Assembly: GCF_006345805.1 (NCBI RefSeq) | Contig: NC_043012.1 | Location: 8,680,001 to 8,744,000, forward strand | DNA length: 64,000 nt | Origin: Octopus sinensis | Lineage: Eukaryota | Direction: 5' to 3' | In this document: positions 26,290 through 37,682 of the stretch, in pieces | Layout: the number at the start of each line of letters is the position of its first letter | How positions within the stretch are numbered: the first letter of the stretch is position 1 | Position numbers and translations under genes: made by a program | The notes under the pieces: generated by a model | Databases searched by the model: none | What the model was told of the DNA's origin: nothing | The model's input: only the letters and a program-made list of their open reading frames with translations

Positions 26290-26317
26290 CCACCGTCGGA
26301 TGGTGCAATGACGATGG
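26290..26317 (-). promoter_or_regulatory. U1 SLII-like hairpin (U1A/SNF binding site) in the snf/SNRPA 3'UTR
   Basis: RNA CCAUCGUC-AUUGCACCAUCC-GACGGUGG: 8-bp stem (one G-U), C-G closing pair, loop starting AUUGCAC. Confidence 0.75.
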
Positions 26318-26326
26318 CATTAATGC

Positions 26327-26350
26327 TGCTTACCATTCCATCTGGTAGCA
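26327..26350 (-). promoter_or_regulatory. Hairpin containing a 5'-splice-site-like U1 site (G/GUAAG) in the 3'UTR
   Basis: RNA UGCUACCA-GAUGGAA-UGGUAAGCA: 8 bp with one bulged A. Confidence 0.55.
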
Positions 26351-26371
26351 AAGTTGTGCCGAATTTGATGG

Positions 26372-26377
26372 TTTATT
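26372..26377 (-). terminator. Proximal AAUAAA candidate, ~66 nt after the stop codon
   Basis: Plus-strand tttatt. Confidence 0.35.
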
Positions 26378-26442
26378 TTGTAAGTTTTACTGAAATGCAC
26401 CAAATCTCTTTCATCATATTTTTACTTGTCTCCTTCCTTGTC

Positions 26443-26602
26443 TTACTTCTTAGCAAATGTGATTTTCATTGCATTGTTTGGTGTAATCTTGAAGCCTTGA
26501 AGTGCATCCTTTGCAGCACCAGCTTGCATTTCATTTTCAAATTCAACAAACGCAATATCATGTCGACCAGGCACCAAACGAACCTCTTTGAAACCAGGAA
26601 AT
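26443..26602 (-). CDS. SNRPA: snf/U1A-U2B'' coding exon 6 (RRM2 C-terminal half, stop)
   Basis: [52 protein letters not shown]; ttttag acceptor. Confidence 0.98.
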
Positions 26603-27186
26603 CTAAAAGAAGAAAGGAAAAAACCCATTAAAAAAAATCACTAGATAACATAGCTATGGTATATTTTGATAGATTACCCTCAGTAAAAAAAAAAAATTTT
26701 TTTTTAAAAAAGCATGGTTTTGTAAGCCACAAAACACTTGCTAATTTCACAATGATGCCACAGTGGTACCTACTTACAGCAACATAGACTGAGCTGTCAA
26801 CAGTTAAGTGTCTTGGTCATACATACAGTGCAGTGAGCTACACCAGACTGTGGTAACTATTGACAGCCAGGTGGACTCTGGACTGTGCACCTAGCTGCAT
26901 CAATCTTGGTCATTGACACAGTATTGTAAAGTATACCATACTGTGGTACTTACAGTAAGGCTCATTGGGTTGATGACATTAGTCATAAACACAGTACAGA
27001 GTTACACAGCGCTGGTACCCGCCTACAGCTAAGTGGACTGGACTGTTGACAGTTAAGTGCCATTTCCACAGCAATAACAGGACATGAACAACTAATTAAC
27101 TTAACTGCCTGTCCCATTATCCAATCTGGTGACCTCTTGTCATAAGTGCATGAGTCAAATGCTTCCAATGTGAAACTAAGACTTAC

Positions 27187-27304
27187 TGATTGAACAACAT
27201 CGACAACATCATTTCGGTGGTTTCCTCGGGAAGGTTGGTTAAGAACAGAATTTGGTTAGGAGGCTGTTCTGGAATGGTATTTGGTGCTGCCAGATTTGTA
27301 GAAT
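27187..27304 (-). CDS. SNRPA: snf/U1A-U2B'' coding exon 5
   Basis: [40 protein letters not shown]; AG/GTAAGT; phases 1/2 fit the neighbouring exons. Confidence 0.97.
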
Positions 27305-27360
27305 CTGCAATAGAAAATGGGTTGAATTAGTTACTAAACACAGCTACATGGAAATTTTTA

Positions 27361-27740
27361 GGCGGCGAGCTGGCAGAAATGCTTAGCGGTATTTCGTCTA
27401 CCGCTATGTTCTGAGTTCAAATTCTGTCATGGTCGACTTTGCCTTTCATCCTTTCGAGGTCGATAAATTAAGTACCAGTTACGCACTGGGGTCGATGTAA
27501 TCGACTTAATCCATTTGCCTGTCCTTGTTTGTCCCCTCTTCGTTTAGCCCTTTGTAGGTAGTAAAGAAATAGGTATTTCGTTTACTGCTACGTTCTGAGT
27601 TCAAATTCTGCCAAGGTCGACTTTGCCTTTCATCCTTTCGAGGTCGATAAATTAAGTACCAGTTACATACTGGGGTCGATGTAATCGACTTAATCCGTTT
27701 GTCCCCTCTGTGTGTAGCCCCTTGAGGGCAGTAAAGAAAT
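27361..27740 (+). mobile_element. Tandem (dimeric) SINE family A in snf intron 4
   Basis: One head and two bodies; the second starts at ggtatttcg directly after the first tail. Confidence 0.85.
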
Positions 27741-29173
27741 ACATTGGAATTTTTTAGAGATAAAGATAAATACAGTGACAATGCCCAGCAAACAATAATG
27801 GAGGGGGGGGGGGTGTTCCTTCTAGAAACTACTGAAATATTCTATTTACTTCCATCTGACTAAGTTGTGGCTGTTTGGCTTGAACTTAAAACTATGAATG
27901 AGCAGACATGATCAAAGATGCTCCAGCCATGACCATTTATCAGATTTCTGTTGAAATATATTGGGTAGTCCACACTACTCTGTAAGGAGCATAGGGACAG
28001 TTTCCTGGTTTTTCTGGTGTATACATTCCTCTCTGGACAGGACGCCGGTCTATCACAGGACTACTTGATTTTACCAGCTGCATGGAATGGAGCAACAAGG
28101 AATGAAGTGTTTTGCCCAAAAACACAACACAATGCCCAGTCCAGGAACTGAAACCACAATCTTACAATCAGGAGTCCAACACCCTAACTACTAAGCCATT
28201 GCCTTCACATTGTTTAAATCAATTTTTTCTATTTGCTTATATCACAAATAAATAATGGATCAACCGATTAGGAACTGTCTTACAGATTCATGATCTCCTT
28301 TTTTTTTAAACTACTTTTGAGAAACTTCCAATGGTGATGGGCCTCCTATATCAGACTGGAGTAATATCTTAAGTCATACCAATGTAAAAAAAACAAGTGG
28401 AGCCTGTACTGAAGCTCAATCAGTGCAGGGGGAACCCCATCCTATCTTAGATGTTAGAAGCAAAATCTCATTAGAAATATTATGTAACCCTTCCGTCTAT
28501 TTTGTCATGTTTGCATGGGTCAGGGTGAATTCATTGAGGCAGTTTTTTAATGGCCGGGTGCTCTTCTTGTTACCAACACTCACTGGTTTCCATGGAAGGT
28601 AATATTTCCCCATGACCAGACATGCTTTACATGGAAGACTGGAAGCAAACGACATCACTTGTATGATGGGGATACGCATTTACAACCATCACAGGGTGTT
28701 GAGACATGAATACAAACACACACACAACAGGCTTTGAAGACATTTGCCTAAGGTGTTACGAAATGAGACTGAGTCCAAAACCAAATGGTTAGGAAGCAAG
28801 CTTCTTAACCACAAAGTGATGTCTACTCCTGCCAGCACTGGTTAACAGCCATTACTCGGCCAATGGTACTTTTATTGTGTTTTAATTGAAAGTTCCAAAC
28901 AAGGCAAGGAGCCACTCAGTGTAAGGGAATATGAAGAAGGAGAAATTAAGACGAAAGGAATGAATTTACTTTAGACTTGAAAGAGTATAGGTCATAAAAA
29001 TGGGGGAAAATAACGAGATGGAAGTTTGAGAAAAAAATAAAAGCTATGACCACAGGAACACTTCCTTATTCAAGGAAGCACAACAACATTTGGATGAAGA
29101 CACTGAGTTTCAAGTATTGATAACGATGATGATGATGATGATTATACAGCATGAATGACAAACAATCACTTAC

Positions 29174-29286
29174 TTTGAACAACTGGCTGCTGTAATTGTT
29201 GTAGTACAGGTTGTTGAGGAACCGGTTGACCAGCCATTGCTGAAATAGGTTGGATGGGAGGTGGTACTACACCAGCTGCCTGGGCC
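29174..29286 (-). CDS. SNRPA: snf/U1A-U2B'' coding exon 4 (Q/P-rich linker)
   Basis: AQAAGVVPPPIQPISAMAGQPVPQQPVLQQLQQPVVQ; ttccag acceptor, GTAAGT donor; 113 nt, phases 2/1 keep the frame. Confidence 0.9.
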
Positions 29287-29482
29287 CTGGAACATAAACA
29301 TAATTTACAATATCAGATCAATTAAAAAAAAGAAAAAAGGACATAACATTTGACAAATTTACTTCAATTTTTGTTCAGCCTCAAGTCAATCTTAACTCAG
29401 CAGGCGCTTTTAATCAAAGGCGTTCCACCCATGACAATCCCATGTCCTTTTTCTTTAAAACTGCAAGGTGTGATTAGAAGCA

Positions 29483-29850
29483 AAATTGATTGCTACTTTT
29501 AGTAGATCAAGGAACTATTAAGAGGTTCCTTTGTTGTGTTATTACTTGGTCTATACTGTGAGCTATAACAGCAGTAAAGAAAAAAAGAAAAAAACAGACT
29601 GCACAATGGAATTGAACGTGGGACCATGTGGTTGTAGAGCAAAATTCTTAACCAAACTGTAGTGTGATCAGAAGCAGAATTGATTGCTACATTTAGCAGA
29701 TCAAGCATCCATAAAGAGGTTCCCTTGTTAGTTTATTACTTGGTCTATATTGTGGGTTATAACAGCAGTAACAGAAAAAAAAAAAAACTGGAACTGCACA
29801 ATAAAATTGAACCAAGGATCAAGTGGCTGGGAAGCAAAATTCTTAACCAC
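29483..29850. repeat. Diverged ~195-bp tandem duplication in snf intron 3
   Basis: aattgattgctac...gcaaaattcttaacca occurs at ~29483-29652 and ~29678-29850. Confidence 0.7.
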
Positions 29851-29977
29851 ACAACTGTGATGCATTTGGGTCTTTATACAGACTCAACAATTGCTTACAG
29901 CTGGAAGTATTTGTTATCCCTGGAGAGAGAGGCCAGCCATCTTTGACGCTGTAAGATAAGATATAATATGAAGTGTA

Positions 29978-30376
29978 ACAGGAGTGGCTACGTGGTTGTA
30001 GCTTGCTTACTAACCACATGGTCCCGAGTTCAGTCTCACTGCGTGGCACCTTGGGCAAGTGTCTTCTACTATAGCCTCAGGCCGACCAAAGCCTTGTGAG
30101 TGGATTTGGTAGACGGAAACTGGAAGAAGCTCGTCATATATATACATATATATATATATATGTATATGTGTGTGTGTGTGCATATGTTTGTCTCCCCAAT
30201 ATCGATTGACAACCGATGCTGGTGTGTTTATGTCCCCATAACTTAGCGGTTCGGCAAAAGAGACCGATAGAATAAGTACTGGGCTTACAAAGAATAAGTC
30301 CTAGGGTCGATTTGTTCAACTAAAGGCGGTGCTCCAGCATGGCCACAGTGAAATGACTGAAACAAGTAAAAGAGTA
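29978..30376 (+). mobile_element. SINE family B, full length, antisense in snf intron 3
   Basis: Near-identical to 19561-19949; ends ~20 bp from the exon 3 donor. Confidence 0.9.
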
Positions 30377-30400
30377 TATATATGAATAACCCTGACTCAC

Positions 30401-30549
30401 TTAGCAGCAGCGGCAACAGCCTGTTGGGAAGCTCCCTTCTTGCGTTTCTTATTTTCTGGCTCATCATCTTTTTTCTTCTTTGGTCTTTCCATATAGGTAC
30501 CTTTCATCTTAGCAATGATATCAGAATCTTTCTTGGAATATTGTATTCT
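30401..30549 (-). CDS. SNRPA: snf/U1A-U2B'' coding exon 3
   Basis: RIQYSKKDSDIIAKMKGTYMERPKKKKDDEPENKKRKKGASQQAVAAAA; CAG/GTGAGT. Confidence 0.97.
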
Positions 30550-31777
30550 CTGGTAAAACAAATGGAAAAAAAAACACATTAGCAATTTATTATTATTTTT
30601 CAAATGATCATCATTTAACATCCGCTTTCCATGCTAGCATGGGTTGGATGATTTGACTGAGGTCTGGTGAACCAGATGGCTGCACCAGACCCCAATCTAA
30701 TCTGGCAGAGTTTCTACAGCTGGATGCCCTTCCTAACACCAACCACTCCGAGTGTGTAGTAAAAATACAAAATCAAGGATACATTCCACTTTGAAAGGAC
30801 AAAACTAAAGCTACATAATAGGATCCTTAGCCTCTTTATTTCAATTAATTTAGAAAAGAGAATTTAGTGAAATAACTTTATCATTCTTAAGCTGGTAGTT
30901 GGAAAATAAATGATCATAGAATTTTGATGGAATGGTTTTCATTCAGATCCTTTTAAATAGGAAGATTTTTTTTTAATCTCAGAAGTTGGAGTATCATCAG
31001 GTTCTTTTGGTATCAAAAGAGTTAAAAAAGAGGACAAATCCTGTATATTAACGATTTCATAAAGAAGGGCAAAACAAAGATTTTGACCAGACAGTGTAAT
31101 TCTATATGTGTATAGTGATTTCAAAATTTGGCACAGGGCCAGAAATTTCAAGGGAGGGGCATAAACTGATTATATCAACCTCTAAAGGGCGAAAGGCAAA
31201 GTCGACATCGGTGGAAATTGAACTCAGAACATAAAGATGAATGAAATGCTGCCGAGTATTTCGTCTGACATGTTAACAATTCTGCTAGCTCACTGCCTTG
31301 TTTATATGTATATAGTGAAAGTACAGACATGGCTGTGTGGTTGAAAAGATTGTTTTCAAAACATAAGTGGTCATGGGTTCAATCCTAATGCATGGTACCT
31401 TAGATGTCTTCTACAAGAGTCCCAGGCTGACCTAGGCCTTGTTGTATAGATTTGGCAGATAGCAACTGAAAGAGGCTGTCGTATGTGTGTACCCCTTGGG
31501 CTGACATTCTATGATGATTGCAAATGAGTATCACTGTCATATGAGCCATGTCGTTCATATACTGTCCTCTATGGTGATATATTACTTTGCTTAGAAACAG
31601 GTGAGGATTGGTAACAGGAAGGGCATCAGGCTGCATAAAATTTACCTCAACAAATTCTGCCTGACCCATGCAAGCTTAAAGAACCAGGCATTAATGACGA
31701 TTAAGAATTGATAAAATCTAGCCACATGTAGGAAATACACAAACACACATTAAGGAAACATGAAATGTTGATCTTAC

Positions 31778-31950
31778 CATTGGTTTGTCATAGAACGGGA
31801 AACCTTGCATTGACCGGAGAGCATTTGTGGCACTGTTGATGTCTTTAAAAATTACAAAAGCTTGCCCTCGACATTTCAAAGTTTTTAAGGCAACAATGTC
31901 AAGAATTTGGCCGAATTGTGAGAAAATTGCATATAAAGATTTCTTTAGTT
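31778..31950 (-). CDS. SNRPA: snf/U1A-U2B'' coding exon 2 (RRM1)
   Basis: [58 protein letters not shown]; CAG/GTAAGA; the DIVALKTLK loop is the SNF/ancestral type. Confidence 0.98.
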
Positions 31951-31989
31951 CTGGAAAAAAAGAAACAGTATAATCACAGAGAATTATAG

Positions 31990-32430
31990 AAATATACACA
32001 GGATTAGAATATATTGGAGAATAGAAAAGATTGGATGTAGGTCAAAAGCTGACCAGAAGAGAATTAATGCATTCGAGCTTTGGTGTTGGAGAAGACTTTT
32101 ACGGATTCCATGGACAGCGAGGCTCACCAATGGAGAAGTTCTTACCCAGATCAAGCCAAAACTGTCGCTAGAAGCTAGGATCACCAAGCATAGATTGGCA
32201 TACTTTGGTCATATTGTGCGGACAAAAATCCCTGGAGAAGGACATCATGCTCGGAATGGTCAGTGGTAAGAGAGGAAGAGACCAACCAAGAACCCGCTGG
32301 CTTGACACCATCAAGAGTGACACGGAAATGGCCATACCAATCTGAAAGAAGCAACCCGGGATAGAACTGGCTGGAGAACACTGATCCAATGAGTAACCAA
32401 GAGTCAACTTCGACTGAATGGACAGATAGA
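31990..32430 (+). mobile_element. RTE (BovB-like) LINE 3' end
   Basis: KRINAFELWCWRRLLRIPWTAR...LAYFGHI...EKDIMLGMVSGKRGR..PRTRWLDTIK...RLNG. Confidence 0.9.
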
Positions 32431-33081
32431 TAGGTCAAGAGTTAGCAGAAGTAAATTAAGGTTAACAAACATGACCAATGCTTAGCACGACAATAAAAGA
32501 AATGTTAAAGCAACACAATGTAGAATCATTATTATCCAATGTCTCCCCTTCCATCATGGCATGGGTTGGGCAGCGAGACAGGAAGTGAGAAAACTTGCAC
32601 CAATCTCTACTGCCTGTTTTAGCATACTTTCTACAGTTGGACGTTCTTCATAATGCCAACCACTTTACAGTGTACTGAATGCATTTTGCATGGCATCAGT
32701 AGCAGTGACATCACCAAGTAACTTGCAAAACTCCTTGACTATGGGGTAGCAGTATTGAAGGAGACGGCTTTGTGCCAGGCGATGAGGTTAATAGTATGAA
32801 GATGGACAGAAATAAAAGTCTTGCAGTAGAGGAGATATGTGAAGATGTGATGGGGCTCCAAATGAATTTATGAAACCAAAAATTCCAGGTTATTACATTA
32901 AATACACTTCAAGAGTTGTAGCAATCCATATTCTGGAATGTTATTACATAATGGGAACCTCTAATCACCACCCAAATTATTGGACCTGTAAAAGAAATCT
33001 AGTTTGTCTTTAGGTCCTTGTTAATCTGTTACCATCTGAATGATACTTCACTAAATTTCAAAGCAAAGCTAGTCAACTTAC

Positions 33082-33145
33082 CATCTTTCTTAATGCTTTC
33101 ATTCAAATTGTTAATATAAATTGTGTGGTTTGGTCTGATGTCCAT
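33082..33145 (-). CDS. SNRPA: snf/U1A-U2B'' coding exon 1 (exon spans 33082-33160 including 15 nt of 5'UTR)
   Basis: MDIRPNHTIYINNLNESIKKD + G; ttttccag acceptor at 33161-33163, GTAAGT donor; total CDS 777 nt = 258 aa. Confidence 0.97.
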
Positions 33146-33803
33146 AGTGGTTGAAAATGACTGGAAAAGAAATTTAAGAAATATTAGTAGAATTACTAGA
33201 GAATTTCAAGAAGTAGGGATTGTTGTTGTTGACTGTAGAATATATAATATTGATTTCAAATTTTGGTACAAGGCCAGCAATTCCAAGAGACGGGGGGGAA
33301 GCTAATTACATCAACCATAGTGCTCAACGATTACTTATTTTATTGAGCTCGAAAGGAAAGGTAAAGTTGACCTTGGCAGAATTTGAACTCAGAATGTAAA
33401 GATGGACAAAATGCCAATAAGCATTTTGTTTGGCATGCTAACGGTACAGCCAGCTTGCTGCTTTTGTTGAATATATATTAAGAGAAATGTAAATGACCGA
33501 AAAATTTATAAGTTGTCTGTCTTGTTTGCATATATAAAAAATATATAATAATAACAATACTTCTAGGATGGAATTTATAAATATTTAATACATCGCTATG
33601 CGTGTTTCCACAAATCACATGATTTTAACATCAGAGTCGGTATCCTTGGGATTAGTACAGTATAGCTCATATTAACCGCAGGCATCCAACTGATCATCAC
33701 TGATTCATTTCATCAGGCAATACTGCATTATTGGATGAATCAGAGGAATGTTTATCCCTTCTTACCAGTATGAAAGCCAAACTAGCTATAAAAAATACAT
33801 TAA

Positions 33804-34023
33804 CCCTTTCGTTACCAACCCGGCTGAAACCGCCTCTGGCTCTAAGTACAAATGTCTTGTTTTCATAAGTTTTGAATTAAAATCTTCCACCAAACCTTAG
33901 TTACAATTTATGTTCCTAACATTAGCTTAATGATAACCAAGTTATTTTACTAAATTCTTTGTTATATTTGAAGTAATTGAAAGAAACACAGAGCATCTCA
34001 ACAGAAATATGGTAAGAAAAGGG
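33804..34023. mobile_element. piggyBac-type MITE
   Basis: TTAA|ccctttcgttacc ... ggtaagaaaaggg|TTAA. Confidence 0.8.
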
Positions 34024-37000
34024 TTAAACACATGACAAAACTTTTCGCTTAATAAATCCATTACCATATTTCTATTGAAATATATTGCCTTAGTTTCAGC
34101 TAATTTTGTACCAATGAAGAATTTGGTAAAATAATTTTGTCATTACTGAGCTGGTCTTGAGAACATATTTTATCATGAAAATTTTATGGCAGGCGTTAAT
34201 TGAAATAATTTTAAGCCTCAATAGCACTCACCGGTGGGTTGGAATCAAAAAGGTTAGCAGCAGATTTTGAAAACCCAAGATCCATATATAATCCATGATG
34301 TGAATAGATTTAGATTTTGGTATAAGCTCATGAGTAAGATCTCTTTTTTTTTTCCCATATGTTTCACCCAAATACACGAAGCAAACCACTTTAACAATGA
34401 AGACACAGCTACACCTTGAGCCCCCCCCCTCCATTCAATATAGGTTTTTCTTCGACTGCATATGTCCTAAAATATCTTGTTCAAGCAAGATCTGACTTCA
34501 AGTAGCTCAGATCATGTTTGAGATGTCTTGGAAAGGAAGAACAAGGTGTAAACACCATGCAGGAAAGTGCAAAATGGCATGAAAATTTTATATTTATATA
34601 CAGCCACCTTCCCAAAGTACACCTGTCTTTATCCAATAATTTAGTGGATATGTAAGACCACCAATTTTTTGAAATATCACGTAAAAAGCACCATTCGTAT
34701 GTGGTCGATGCCAGTGCCACCTGACTGGCCCCCATGCCGGTGGTACGTAAAAAAGCACCCACTACACTCTCGGAGTGGTTGGCATTAGGAAGGGTATCCA
34801 GCTGTAGAAACCTCTGCCAGATCAGATTGGAGCTTGGTCCAGCCTCCTGGCTTGACAGTCCTCAGTCAAACCATCGAACCTATGCCAGCATGGAAAGCGA
34901 ACATTAAACGATACCAACAAAGTAGATGCATTACTGTGATTCTGTGATATATTTAAGTGTCTTTAGACACACATACAAGTATATTTAAGTGTCTTTAGAC
35001 ACACATACAAGTATAGGAAATCAAATGTGTATCAGATATTTTTTATTAAAATTATGTATGTGTTGAATGGGTCTTTTACCACACAATAAATATCTTAACA
35101 TTTGCTGTATTCCTTTGTCATTGCCATTGTGAAATTCAACAAATTTGAACTGACACCAATTCTGTCCATTTCTTGGTTTTATTTTGTTTCTCCCCCAGTT
35201 TCCTTCAACTCAGATCTCCCAACACTTTTTACCCATCTGTTGTCTATAGGCATTATATGTCCATACCAACACAGTTGTATCTTCCTTGCATGCTACAGCT
35301 GATTCCTCTATTACCAATTTTTCCCTCAGCTAGGTTCATTTCTCTCCAATCCTCAAGCCTCCTTAGTATTAGTATGCCAGCATCTCACTGCTATGTAGTA
35401 ACATAGTTTATAGACAAATAATGTACAATCTACCTTGCGGTCAACAGAGCAAAAATCTCCCTAAACTTTCTTCACCCAATTCTTAATCCAGTTTACTATG
35501 ATTTCAGAAAAACCTCCACTGTTTGATTAGGTTGCCTGGGTAACACAAGCTACTAAATACTTCTATGGAGTTTTTTGAACATAGCAAGGAATTTAGTTTA
35601 TTAGGGTTCTGATTGCCAGACTCCATCTATTCATCTGCCACAACTTAAGTATTTATTCACTGCCAGTCCATTTTTGATTCCCTAACCTCTTTACATCCAC
35701 AGATTGCATTGAGAATACTATATGGAATTTCTACCGACTTCTTTTTTTTAAACTGAGCATGCCATTTTCATGATGGCAGTAGAGGTCTCTCTTCTTTCCT
35801 ACTTTTTAAATCTAAATCTTTGCCAAGTTTATTCAGAGGACTCTCAATTTTTGGTTCCGCTTCCACACCTGGGATTTCATCTCTAAGTCTTCCAGATTAT
35901 TCTATAAGGACTAAGTCATTTCAGTTTCCATAAACAATCTTAAACTCTTCTATCAAAACTTGGAGAACTATAAACTAAAGAGCAATAACTATGATAATGG
36001 ATGAGTGGACTATTCAATATTGGGTCTGGAGTTCAAATCCTTTAGACACCAATCTTAAAGTCAAACAAAAGAGCAATAACAAGGAAGATGCCCGAGTGAA
36101 CTACTTAATTTGGGGTCTGGAGTTCAATGTTTATTGGAAAAATATTTTCCCAGAAAGAGAATGTTACAGGTTTGAAATTATAAAAACCTAATTATCTCAC
36201 CTGAGTTTCAATATAACTTTATTGTATTGAAACTCTGGTGGTTGTGTGCGATGCTTGACCCGCCAAAAGTGTGTATCTACACACACATATATATCGCGAT
36301 CTTTTTGCTTTAAAGTGCCAATCAAGTACTAAAATCGATTTAATCAAGTTACCTCCACTTCATCCGAAATTACTAGGCTTGTGCCTAAATGAAAACAATA
36401 CTTTGGTATTAGTAGGGGGAAAAATCATTCTAACTTTATAAACTAATTTACTTCTATTGCCGAATAAATACGTCACTTTCACTTTGTAATCCTAAAGCGA
36501 GATAGTTGACGGGAACTTTACAAATTTTGACTCAACTTTCAGTAAAGAAACATCGAAAGAATGCCGAATTATCTCATTAGTAAATGTTCCGTTGTTAACT
36601 TAAAATTTCCTTAAACGCACACGTACATGTGCTCGTGTATCAACTGTCTCAATACGGGGTCCCAGGGTTGACTAAAATGTCATAAGAATATCGGTGTTCC
36701 CCCTTGTATTACACGTATTACAATCGAGGATGTGAACAGACCTGTTTTATTTATTTAAAGATTTACCGATTTCTTCTCCCGCCACCCACTATTTTACCAC
36801 TTCTGTTTCGTGGGACACAAGGATGCCAACAGCATCCTCTGTGAATTCTTGAATCTAAAGAATACCGAAATATGCAAATTTCGCATTTTTCTTTTTAATC
36901 CGAGTCCCTTTGTATCGTTAAGTCAATATTTCGGGACCCTCGTATTCTACTAATAAGTTGCACTTTTTCGGTAAATATAAAATAATGGCTGTTTCAGACT

Positions 37001-37107
37001 TGGATTATGTAAAACAATGAAATTATAGACGAGATATACGCAGATCTCTGGACAAAATTTAGGATATACATGCACACACACGTTGCAGATCATATAAAGC
37101 TTATATA

Positions 37108-37151
<44 letters not shown>

Positions 37152-37429
37152 ATATATATAAATTGAAATCGACGCCATATCCCGGTAAATTCGGTTAATA
37201 GTTCAAAATTGCTGAATAAAATCTGATAAATGAATTAATTACTCACCTTTTAACAGAATATATGATGAACAACTGTACTTAAGATATTCAAGTGTATATC
37301 AGTAACACTATGTGCTCAATATATCTATATATATATATGTATATATATATGCGTATATATATATATATATGATTATAGACACATCTACGCAGAGAAGAGG
37401 AAATATACAAACAGCGGCTTTTCTCTTAC

Positions 37430-37470
37430 CTCGTGGGTCATTCGTTCACTTCCTGTTTGGTTAAAGTTTA
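37430..37470 (-). other. SNRPA: Probable non-coding first exon of snf/SNRPA (5' end unknown)
   Basis: GAG|GTAAGA donor at 37429; ETS-type CAGGAAGTG just upstream; a second strong donor AAG|GTGAGT at 37246. Confidence 0.55.
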
Positions 37471-37679
37471 TCGATTTCTGATGAGTTATTTAATTACTAC
37501 TATATTTTTAGGATTCTTCATTCAAATGAAAGAAATATATTTGGAATTTGATTAAAAATATAACGAGTTTGACAATCGAAAATTTGAAGGTGGCAGACGA
37601 TGAAGTCTCGTTACCGCGTGAGTTCAGATCAGCCATTTTGAGCAAGGTTTGATGGACAAACTCGACTTCTGGTCGCAAA

Positions 37680-37682
37680 ATG
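37680..37682 (+). CDS. VPS26: VPS26 exon 1 (ATG only)
   Basis: caaaATG|GTGAGT; phase-0 join gives M-SFLGFG. Confidence 0.8.

Larger units (their letters stand above)
37430..37682. promoter_or_regulatory. Bidirectional promoter shared by snf/SNRPA and VPS26
   Basis: Divergent first exons ~250 bp apart; CpG-enriched; ETS (acttcctg ~37448) and YY1-like (gccatttt ~37632, caaaatgg ~37676) motifs. Confidence 0.7.

Noticed and set aside
26760-27100. Repeated TGACAG/CTGTCA and acagttaagtg motifs in snf intron 5
   Set aside because: Short motifs with no clear periodicity or structure; could be chance or an old repeat.
34950-35015. 32-bp direct duplication
   Set aside because: Ordinary local slippage duplication.
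36650-36950. Short inverted match (aatacggggtcc / ggaccctcgtatt) and an octamer ATGCAAAT
   Set aside because: Too short to define an element; no snRNA gene is seen nearby.
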